From positions 1-46,528 of the forward strand of contig DASYTV010000008.1 in assembly GCA_036001885.1 (NCBI GenBank): DNA of 46,528 nt, read 5' to 3'. The notes below the pieces were generated by a model. It was not told where the DNA came from, ran no database searches, and was given only the letters and a program-made list of their open reading frames with translations. A program made the position numbers and the translations under genes. Positions 17,093-24,391 of this stretch are shown piece by piece. Each line of letters opens with the position of its first letter. Within the stretch, counting starts at the first letter, position 1. The stretch comes from Actinomycetes bacterium (lineage in GTDB: Bacteria > Actinomycetota > Actinomycetes > JAKEEW01).

Positions 17093-18100
17093 CTACGATC
17101 GAGGGCCGTACGCCGCGAGGATCTGCCGCTCCGTTTCCTCTCGTGGCAGGTAGACGTTCAGATCCGTGCCGGTACAGCGCTGAGCGCCCATTGCATTCCC
17201 GTACTGGCAGGCCACGACGTAATCCCGGTACGCGAGGTAGCCGTAGGCCAGTCCGCCGGCGAACGAGTCGCCGGCACCGGTCGTGTCCACGACGTTCTCC
17301 ACCTCGATGCGATCGACGAACTCCTCGGCGACCCGGCCAGAGCCGTCCCGGAAGAAGACTACGCAGCCACGCTCGTCGAGGGTTACGCATACCGCCCCGA
17401 CACCGCGGTCCAGACAGTGATGCCCCAGGTCGCGCAACTGTTCATCGCTCAGCCTCGGCGGATCAGCCGTCATCTCCGCTGACTCACCGAGCCACGTCGA
17501 GTTCGCTTCGTCAAGGTTCATCTTCAGGATGTCGATGTACGGAAGCCATACGTCCTGGTCAGCCCACACCCTTGGACGGCGCTCGCCGCTACGGGTCAGC
17601 GTCGTCGCCGGGCCGTGGGCATCCAGCACTACGGTTGCGCGGCTGTGCTCCTTGATGTGCCGCAGCGTTGGCTGTCCCACCTCATAGTCCGTGATCGGGA
17701 CACAGACAAACACGTCGGCATCGAGCACCTTGTCGAGGTCGGCCGGCAGGACCGGGCTCATGAAACTCGTCTGCCGCTCGACCCGACGATTCTGGTCGAT
17801 ATAACGCAGCTCGACGACGTCCCCCTGGTCAGCCAGCGACGTGATACCGGAGGTGTCGATATTCGGGAAGGACCCCAGGATCTGCTTGATCGGACCCTCG
17901 TCCTGCCTACGGACGTGTGAAATCGGGACGATCGTGTCGCCAACATCCAGCAGAGACGAGAGGGCAGCCGCCGTATACATGACGCATCCGTACTTGTGGA
18001 ACCGCTCACCGGCATGGGTCACGATCTGGTCGCTCGGGATCGGGCCCAGCACCGCAACTTTGCGACTCGCCCGGCTTTTCATGTCATTCATCACGAACAC
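17093..18100 (-). CDS. PfkB-family carbohydrate kinase
   Basis: The C-terminal PfkB signature is 'VVDTTGAGDSFAGGLAYGYL'. The protein is 335 aa with a ribokinase-like layout. Confidence 0.85.
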   Translation of the reverse strand: MFVMNDMKSRASRKVAVLGPIPSDQIVTHAGERFHKYGCVMYTAAALSSLLDVGDTIVPISHVRRQDEGPIKQILGSFPNIDTSGITSLADQGDVVELRYIDQNRRVERQTSFMSPVLPADLDKVLDADVFVCVPITDYEVGQPTLRHIKEHSRATVVLDAHGPATTLTRSGERRPRVWADQDVWLPYIDILKMNLDEANSTWLGESAEMTADPPRLSDEQLRDLGHHCLDRGVGAVCVTLDERGCVVFFRDGSGRVAEEFVDRIEVENVVDTTGAGDSFAGGLAYGYLAYRDYVVACQYGNAMGAQRCTGTDLNVYLPREETERQILAAYGPRS

Positions 18101-18114
18101 CTCCGGCGCCTATC

Positions 18115-18445
18115 GGCATCGCACCACGCGATGCAAGGCCAGTTGCGCTGTGGGGCTTGCCGGCTGTGCCGCATGGGCTTGTGGCCACCAGCGACCGCTC
18201 CTTTGATCGAACCGCTCTGCGGGACCACCCACGTTACGTCTCCAGCCAACCTCCGATGGGCTCATGACGCTAGGCGGTGTCCTGTAGATCATGGTAGGTC
18301 CCGGAGGTGGTCTTTCTGGTCTTCTTTGACCGGGATGACCGCCCTGATGCCGCGGGTGGTGCGGTAGGCGCAGTTGACCGCGGGTGAGTAAGCCTTCTCG
18401 CCCAGGGCCGCACCGGCCGGGTGCGGGGTCGGCACTCGTCCCGCC
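18115..18445 (-). mobile_element. IS5-family transposase remnant (C-terminal ~110 codons, frameshifted with stops)
   Basis: 'GEKAYSPAVNCAYRTTRGIRAVIPVKEDQK' resembles the '..DKAYSSxAxRxxLRRRGIRAVIP..ADQ' block of IS5/IS427-group DDE transposases. The downstream part is readable only across two other frames with in-frame stops. No N-terminal part and no inverted repeats were identified. Confidence 0.45.
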
Positions 18446-18463
18446 GTACGATGTGGATCCGGC

Positions 18464-18815
18464 TCATCCGGCCAGGGGCTGGTCCCCGCCGAACAGGACC
18501 TGCGTGAAGCCTTCCGCGGTTTCCTGGCGGGCCCAGTCCCGCTGCAGCTCACACCCGACCTGGGTCACGCTGGTCGGTTGGCCGCCGGCCTGGGCGATGC
18601 GGCCCAGCCCGGCCTGGTGCGCCTCGGGCGATGTCCCGCCGACGGCGTCGGTCACCGGGTAGGTCTCAAACCCCTCGCGCATCGCATCCAGCGAGGGGAA
18701 GGTCAGGCAGGCCTCGGTCCACAGGGCGGCCATGAGCAGCTTGCGGCGGGTCAGGCTCGAATGGCCGGCCACGTCGATCTCATATCCTCGGATGGCCTCG
18801 CTGGTGACAGGTCAG
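18464..18815 (-). pseudogene. isochorismatase-family (YcaC-like) hydrolase, 5'-truncated fragment
   Basis: '..EAIRGYEIDVAGHSSLTRRKLLMAALWTEACLTFPSLDAMREGFETYPVTDAVGGTSPEAHQAGLGRIAQAGGQPTSVTQVGCELQRDWAR' is the C-terminal ~115 aa of the family. An upstream in-frame stop removes the N-terminal ~90 aa, including the catalytic Asp/Lys region. Confidence 0.65.
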
Positions 18816-18832
18816 TAGCGGCGCATCAGCTC

Positions 18833-18873
18833 GTGATCGCCTCAGCGGGTTCAACCTGTCCGTGGTTCGGAGC
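18833..18873 (+). repeat. 41-nt repeat, copy 1 (GTGATCGCCTCAGCGGGTTCAACCTGTCCGTGGTTCGGAGC)
   Basis: Identical to 42224-42265 apart from 1 indel and 1 mismatch, and in the same orientation. It starts right where the isochorismatase fragment breaks off. Confidence 0.85.
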
Positions 18874-19245
18874 AATGCCGTTTCGCGATCAACAGCGCCG
18901 ACATCGTGGCGCAAAGCAGCAACAGCCAGATCAGCCACGCGGTGTGAGTGGCCAGTCCCGCGCGGGAAAGGTCGCCCACAAGCAAGCGGTTGGACGGTTG
19001 GTCAAACCCCCTACGCGGCCCGTCTCCTGCAGCGACTGGGTCCAGTACCGTGACACCGCGGGCAAGCGCATAGCGTTCGCGGCTGTTATCGCCGCCGCGA
19101 ACAGGCCGGCCAGACCGGCTACCCGCACGCGGCCGCGCAACAGCGCGACGCCGCCGATGAATGCCGGAGTGATCAGTGCAGCGGCCGCTCCTTACCGGCG
19201 GTGAGTGCGATGTCCATTCCTCGTCGCCACCCACCGGCTGGAAGG

Positions 19246-20214
19246 TCAGGACTGCATCGCACGCTCGACGTCCTCGGCGATCCGCTCGATCGACGGGATG
19301 ACCAGATCCTCCAGCGAGTCGGCGGAGGGAAGGGGGACGTGTGGGGTCGTGATGCGGATGACGGGCCCGTCGAGGTGCCAGAACCCCTCGTCGACGGCGA
19401 TGGCGGCGATCTCCGCTCCCCACCCGAGCAACCGGGGATTCTCCTCGACGGTGAAAAGCCGGCTCGTGCGACTCAGCGATTCGAGCACCGTCGTGACGTC
19501 GAGCGGAACCAGTGACCGGAGGTCTAGCACTTCGCAATCGATGCCGCGCGAGGCGAGCCGCTCCGCTGCTTTGAGAGCGCGGGGCACCATGAGCCCCAGG
19601 GCGACGATCGTGGCATCGGTGCCGGGCCGGCGGATTCGCGCCTTGCCGAGTTCGTCGACGATCGGTCCGTCCGGCACCTCGTCCTTGGTGGCGTAAAGGC
19701 CTTTGTGCTCGAAGAAGAGCACCGGATCGTCGCAGCGGATGGCGGCGGCCATCAAACCGACCACGTCGACCGGTGTCGAGGGTGTCACGACCTTGAGGCC
19801 AGGAACCGCCATCGCCCAGTTCTCGACGGACTGCGAGTGCTGGGCGCCGAATCGCAGGGTCCCGCCGTTGCCGCTCTTCACCACCAGCGGCAGGCTTACT
19901 TGGCCGTTCGTCATGTAGCGGGTTTTCGCCATCTGGTTCGCGACCAGATCCCAGCAGACGGCGAAGAAGTCGGAGAACATGATCTCGCCCACCGGCCGCA
20001 GCCCGGTCATCGCCGCTCCCATGACCGCCCCGAGGATCGCCTGTTCCGCGATGGGTGTATCGATGACCCGTTTCGGGCCGAACCGCTCGAGCAGGCCCAC
20101 GGTCGTCTTGAACACGCCACCCGCCCCCGCCACGTCTTCGCCGACCAGCACGACCCGCTCGTCGCGTTCCATTTCTTGCGCGATGCCATGCGCAACGGCG
20201 TCGCGGTAGGTCAT
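19246..20214 (-). CDS. TPP-dependent 2-oxoacid/acetoin dehydrogenase E1 component, beta subunit
   Basis: 'VIDTPIAEQAILGAVMGAAMTGLRPVGEIMFSDF' and the C-terminal transketolase-C-like domain. The start at 20214 overlaps the alpha-subunit stop (ATGA). Confidence 0.9.
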   Translation of the reverse strand: MTYRDAVAHGIAQEMERDERVVLVGEDVAGAGGVFKTTVGLLERFGPKRVIDTPIAEQAILGAVMGAAMTGLRPVGEIMFSDFFAVCWDLVANQMAKTRYMTNGQVSLPLVVKSGNGGTLRFGAQHSQSVENWAMAVPGLKVVTPSTPVDVVGLMAAAIRCDDPVLFFEHKGLYATKDEVPDGPIVDELGKARIRRPGTDATIVALGLMVPRALKAAERLASRGIDCEVLDLRSLVPLDVTTVLESLSRTSRLFTVEENPRLLGWGAEIAAIAVDEGFWHLDGPVIRITTPHVPLPSADSLEDLVIPSIERIAEDVERAMQS

Positions 20215-21275
20215 GACCGCCACGAGGAGCCTCCGTCCGCCCAAACCTCGGTGAACGCGGACGCGGGGTCGGGCAGCGCTCCGTTCTTCGCGGCGTCGGT
20301 CGCCGCGTCGACCGCCTGCGCCACCTCCGACTCGATCCGGTCCAGTTGCGCCGCCTCGACACCCAGCCGCTCCAGCCGTCCCCGGTAGACCTTGAGCGGG
20401 TCGTATGCCAGCCAGGCCTCCAGCTCGCCCGGGGGTTTGTACTTGCCGGGGTCGGCCCGGGAGTGGCCACCGTGGCGATAGGTGAGCGCCTCGATGAGCA
20501 CCGGCCCGGCGCCCGAGCGGGCGCGCGCCAGCGCCTCCTCGGCTGCGAGGTAGCAGGCGTCGGCGTCGTTGCCGTCGACCTCGACGGGGTCGAGTCCGTA
20601 CGCGGCGGCGCGGTCGGCGGCCGGGCGCCGTACCGCTGTGATGTCGGAAATGGCGGTGTACTCCATGTAGAGGTTGTTCTCGCAGACGAAAACCACCGGA
20701 AGCGCGAAGACGGCGGCGTAATTCAGCGCCTCGTGGAACGCCCCTATATTCGTGGTGCCGTCCCCGAAGAAGCACACCGCGACCTGCCCGCTGCCCCGGT
20801 ACTGCGCAGACCAGGCAGCCCCGTTCGCGATGGTCAGGTGCGCGCCGATGATCGCGTAGGAGCCCATGACCCCGTGCTCCACGCTCGTCAGATGCATCGA
20901 TCCGCCCTTGCCGCCCAGCAGTCCGTTGCTGCGCCCGAGCAATTCCGCGAGTACCGCCTCCATCGGCACGCCGCGCGCCAAGGTGTGCGCGTGGCCTCGA
21001 TAGGTCGCAAACGTGTAGTCGTCGGACCGCATCGCCGTGGCGAATCCGGCGGCGATCGCCTCCATGCCGAGCGACAAATGGGAGGTGCCCTTAACCAGCT
21101 GCTGCATGAAAAGGTCGTAGGCGCGCTTCTCGAACTGCCGCAACTCATGGAGCACGCGGTACATCCGCAGCCGCACGTCGAGCGGAACGTCCGACTGGTC
21201 GTGCGCCGTGGGGTTGTTCGGTGGCATGACGACGTCGTGTTCGCCGTACGGATGCGTCTCCAACGGCAGCGTCAT
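20211..21275 (-). CDS. TPP-dependent 2-oxoacid/acetoin dehydrogenase E1 component, alpha subunit
   Basis: The TPP-binding motif is 'GDGTTNIGAFHEALNYAAVFALPVVFVCENN'. 'YRGH' is also present. The RBS GGAAGGGA precedes the ATG at 21275; the maximal ORF reaches 21332. Confidence 0.9.
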   Translation of the reverse strand: MTLPLETHPYGEHDVVMPPNNPTAHDQSDVPLDVRLRMYRVLHELRQFEKRAYDLFMQQLVKGTSHLSLGMEAIAAGFATAMRSDDYTFATYRGHAHTLARGVPMEAVLAELLGRSNGLLGGKGGSMHLTSVEHGVMGSYAIIGAHLTIANGAAWSAQYRGSGQVAVCFFGDGTTNIGAFHEALNYAAVFALPVVFVCENNLYMEYTAISDITAVRRPAADRAAAYGLDPVEVDGNDADACYLAAEEALARARSGAGPVLIEALTYRHGGHSRADPGKYKPPGELEAWLAYDPLKVYRGRLERLGVEAAQLDRIESEVAQAVDAATDAAKNGALPDPASAFTEVWADGGSSWRS

Positions 21276-21303
21276 GCCGATCCCTTCCTGGTCATTTCCG
21301 GTG

Positions 21304-22665
21304 TTATTTCCCGTCCTCCGAGGGTGGCTCAACCGACGTCCGCCCGCGGGTGTTGATGTGCGACTGGCTATCCCGCTCGAGGGTGAGCGGGCCGGCGGTC
21401 GTGTAGTAGCGGCGCCCGGCCACGAGCAGGTCCTCGGCAGGGAACTTCGTGATCACCTCCGCGCCGTCCGCGGTCACGATCACCTCCTCCTCGATGCGCG
21501 CCGCGCCCCAGCCGTCGGAGGCCGGCCAGTAGGTCTCCAGGGCGAAGACCATGCCCTCCTCGAGCACCTCCGGCGCATCGAAGGAGGTCATCCGGCTGAA
21601 GATCGGCCGCTCCCAGATCGACAGGCCGACGCCGTGCCCGTACTGCAGGGCGAACGCGGCCTCCTCATCGGCGAAGCCGAACTCCTCGGCGCGCGGCCAC
21701 AGCTCGACGATGTCCGCAGTGGTGACGCCGGGCTTCACCATCTCGATGGCCTTGTCCATGTACTCGCGGCAGATCCGATAGGCATCGCGCTGGGCGCGAG
21801 AGGCGCTGCCGACGGCGAAGGTCCGGTAGTAGCACGTCCTGTAGCCCATGAAGCTGTGCAGGATGTCGAAGAACGCCGGGTCCCCTGGGCGGATCAGCCG
21901 GTCGGAGAACACGTGCGGATGGGGTGAGCACCGCTCGCCGGAAATGGCATTGACGCCCTCGACGTGCTCCGATCCCAGGTCGTAGAGCACCTTGCTGACC
22001 AGTCCGACGCACTCGTTCTCGCGGACGCCCGGCCTGAGGAACTCGTACAGCTCTTCGTAGGCTGCGTCGACCATCGAAGCCGCCTGCGTGAGCAACCCGA
22101 TCTCGTCGGCGGTCTTGATGCGGCGAGCCCCCAGGAACACCTGCTGCCCGTCGGCCACGGTGATGCCGAGCTCCTGGAGGGCGAACATCACCGGCGGCTC
22201 GATGATGTCCACCCCCACCGGTTCGTTCTGCAGGCCGTGCTCGGCCAGCACGGCATGTACCTTCGCGGCGACGTCCTGCGCGCGCCCGGCCGAGGGCGAG
22301 ATCGCGCCCCGCAGCGTCGAGATCCCTGCGCGCGCACCGTAGTGCTGGCCGCGCTCGCCCGGGTGAGCCTCGTCGAGCCACGGCGTCTGCAACTGGTGGT
22401 GCCGGGCAGCGGAGCCGAAGTCCCACAGCACCGGGTCGCCGCCGCGCGGCAGCACAGCGAAGCGGATCATTTTGTCCATCGCCCAGGTGCCGATGTGCGT
22501 CGCCGTCATGTAGCGAATGTTGTGGAAGTCGAAGGTCAGCAGCGCGCCAAGATCGGAGCGCTCGAGTTCGGCCTTCAGCCGATCGAGGCGTTCTCGGCGC
22601 AGTCGCGGCATGCTGAGCCGGTCCTCCCAGTCGACGCCGGTGACTCCATATGTGGGCGAACCCAT
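21304..22665 (-). CDS. M24-family (creatinase/prolidase fold) metalloenzyme-like protein
   Basis: The N-terminal creatinase_N-like domain is followed by a pita-bread domain: 'RPGDPAFFDILHSFMGYRTCYYRTF', 'YGHGVGLSIWERP', 'ALETYW', 'RIEEEVIVT'. Four of the five canonical metal ligands are recognisable. The second Asp position reads Cys. Confidence 0.8.
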   Translation of the reverse strand: MGSPTYGVTGVDWEDRLSMPRLRRERLDRLKAELERSDLGALLTFDFHNIRYMTATHIGTWAMDKMIRFAVLPRGGDPVLWDFGSAARHHQLQTPWLDEAHPGERGQHYGARAGISTLRGAISPSAGRAQDVAAKVHAVLAEHGLQNEPVGVDIIEPPVMFALQELGITVADGQQVFLGARRIKTADEIGLLTQAASMVDAAYEELYEFLRPGVRENECVGLVSKVLYDLGSEHVEGVNAISGERCSPHPHVFSDRLIRPGDPAFFDILHSFMGYRTCYYRTFAVGSASRAQRDAYRICREYMDKAIEMVKPGVTTADIVELWPRAEEFGFADEEAAFALQYGHGVGLSIWERPIFSRMTSFDAPEVLEEGMVFALETYWPASDGWGAARIEEEVIVTADGAEVITKFPAEDLLVAGRRYYTTAGPLTLERDSQSHINTRGRTSVEPPSEDGK

Positions 22666-22683
22666 CGGGACCTCCGTGAAAGG

Positions 22684-22703
22684 CGCTGCTCGGCAGAGCA
22701 GCG
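22684..22703 (-). terminator. 8-bp GC hairpin between the VOC and M24 genes (possible attenuator or weak terminator)
   Basis: CGCTGCTC-GGCA-GAGCAGCG forms a perfect stem. On the minus strand it is followed by CCUUUCAC and then the M24 RBS (GGAGG). There is no clear U-tract. Confidence 0.25.
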
Positions 22704-22749
22704 GTGGACGTTCGCCGGGCCCGCTGCCGGGACCGGCCCGGCTCCGGTT

Positions 22750-23301
22750 TCAGGCGAGCCTGGCCTCGATCTCTTCCAGTCGAGCGCGGGTGCGGAGGTA
22801 CTCCTCCGCTGCCGCCTCCCGCTTTTCCTTTTCGTAGTAGGCAATCTCCACCAGCTCCAGCGCAAGGCCGTCCGGGTCGCTGAAATAGCACCAACGCCAG
22901 CCGGCAAGCGGCCCGTCGTCGATGACGTTGACATCCGAATAGAACTGCACGCCCTTGCTTTCCAGCTCCGCCTTCCTTGCCGTAATGTCGTCGACCAGCA
23001 GGCAGACGTGAGCGGCGCCCAGGTAGTTGTTCGGGACCGGCTCGGTGCTCGATTCTGGCCGGTTGGCGTACTCGAGCAGCTCCAGGGTGGAATGCTCGCC
23101 CACCCAGAGGCAGACCTGCCGCAGCTCGGCGCCCGGCACGCCGACGCCCTTTTCGAGCTGGGGCCCGGAGAACCACGGCGTCGGCTCGTTGGCGAACGGC
23201 AGCCCGAGGATGTCGTGGTAGAAGTAGATCGATCGGTCGAGGTCGCGGATCACCAGCCCGGCATGGTGGATCGCTTTCGGCGGCGGCTGCATTGATTGCA
23301 T
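22750..23301 (-). CDS. VOC-family (glyoxalase/bleomycin-resistance/dioxygenase) protein
   Basis: 'IHHAGLVIRDLDRSIYFYHDILGL' and a second 'GAAHVCLLVDDITA..LESKGV' module. It carries a charged coiled C-terminal tail. Confidence 0.8.
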   Translation of the reverse strand: MQSMQPPPKAIHHAGLVIRDLDRSIYFYHDILGLPFANEPTPWFSGPQLEKGVGVPGAELRQVCLWVGEHSTLELLEYANRPESSTEPVPNNYLGAAHVCLLVDDITARKAELESKGVQFYSDVNVIDDGPLAGWRWCYFSDPDGLALELVEIAYYEKEKREAAAEEYLRTRARLEEIEARLA

Positions 23302-23314
23302 CCTTCCTGAGGCG

Positions 23315-24382
23315 CTACGCAGCGGTGGGGCTGATCAGGACCTTGAGCTGATCGCCCTTGGGGTCGACGAGGACCTCGAAGCCCTTCTCCACGACGTCCT
23401 GCAGCGGCACCCGCGCGGTCACGGCCTTGGTGACCGGATAGCGGCCGGTGGCGACCAGTCGGATGACCCGCGGCCAGTCGGTGAGCCCGTAGCACCAGCT
23501 GCCGTAGAGCGTGGCGTCCTTCTCGGCGAGCGTCATGGCGTCGAGCTGCGCCGGCTTGGTGTGCAGCCCGGTCTGCACGATGGCTCCGCCGCGGCGGACG
23601 TGCGTCACGCAGGCGCCGAGCCCGGGGCTGGTCCCCGAGCACTCGACCGCGAGGTCAACCCCGAACCCGTCGGTCAGCTCTGCCAACAGGTCGCCGAATC
23701 CCTTCCCCGTCGGATCGAGCACCGGGCCGACATCCAGCTCACGGGCCAGCGCGGCCCGGTTCGGGTTGGGCTCTGCGATCACGACGGCGCCCGCGCCGAT
23801 CGCGCTTGCGTAGAGAGCGGAAAGCGCGCCGATCGGACCGGCTCCGGTCACCAGCACGATGTCGCCGCCGGAGATGCCCGCTCGCTCCACGCCGTAGGCC
23901 GCCACCGCTGCCGGCTCGATGAGGGCGCCCTCGAGGTCGGACACCTCATCCGGCAGGCGATTCACCTGGTACTCCTTCAGCACGGCGAATCTCGCGAGCC
24001 CGCCGGTCGATGCCGACAGCCCCGTGCAGGCCATGGTCACGCAGAGGTGGCCCTGCCCACGCCGGCAGTAGCGGCAGCGGCCGCAGATGATGAGCGGCAT
24101 GACGGAGACCCGGTCTCCGATGCCGGCATCTCTGACCTCCGCTCCGGTCTCGACCACAGTGGCCGAGAATTCGTGGCCCAACGTCTGGGGCAGGCTGGCG
24201 CCGGTGAGGGGGTGCGGCTTGACGGCGGTGACGATCGGCCCGACGGAGTACTCATGCAGGTCGGTGCCGCAGATGCCGCACCAGTGCACCTCAACCAGCA
24301 AGTCGTCGGGTGCCGACAGCTGGGGGGTGGGCACCTCCTCGACCCGGATATCCTTCTGGCCGTAGAACCGTGCAGCGAGCAC
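23315..24382 (-). CDS. zinc-dependent MDR alcohol dehydrogenase (2,3-butanediol / polyol dehydrogenase-like)
   Basis: 'MLAARFYGQKDIRVEEV..VEVHWCGICGTDLHEY', 'GHEFSATVVETG', structural-Zn 'CGRCRYCRRGQGHLC', and Rossmann 'VLVTGAGPIGAL'. Confidence 0.85.
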   Translation of the reverse strand: MLAARFYGQKDIRVEEVPTPQLSAPDDLLVEVHWCGICGTDLHEYSVGPIVTAVKPHPLTGASLPQTLGHEFSATVVETGAEVRDAGIGDRVSVMPLIICGRCRYCRRGQGHLCVTMACTGLSASTGGLARFAVLKEYQVNRLPDEVSDLEGALIEPAAVAAYGVERAGISGGDIVLVTGAGPIGALSALYASAIGAGAVVIAEPNPNRAALARELDVGPVLDPTGKGFGDLLAELTDGFGVDLAVECSGTSPGLGACVTHVRRGGAIVQTGLHTKPAQLDAMTLAEKDATLYGSWCYGLTDWPRVIRLVATGRYPVTKAVTARVPLQDVVEKGFEVLVDPKGDQLKVLISPTAA

Positions 24383-24391
24383 GTCCTGCTC

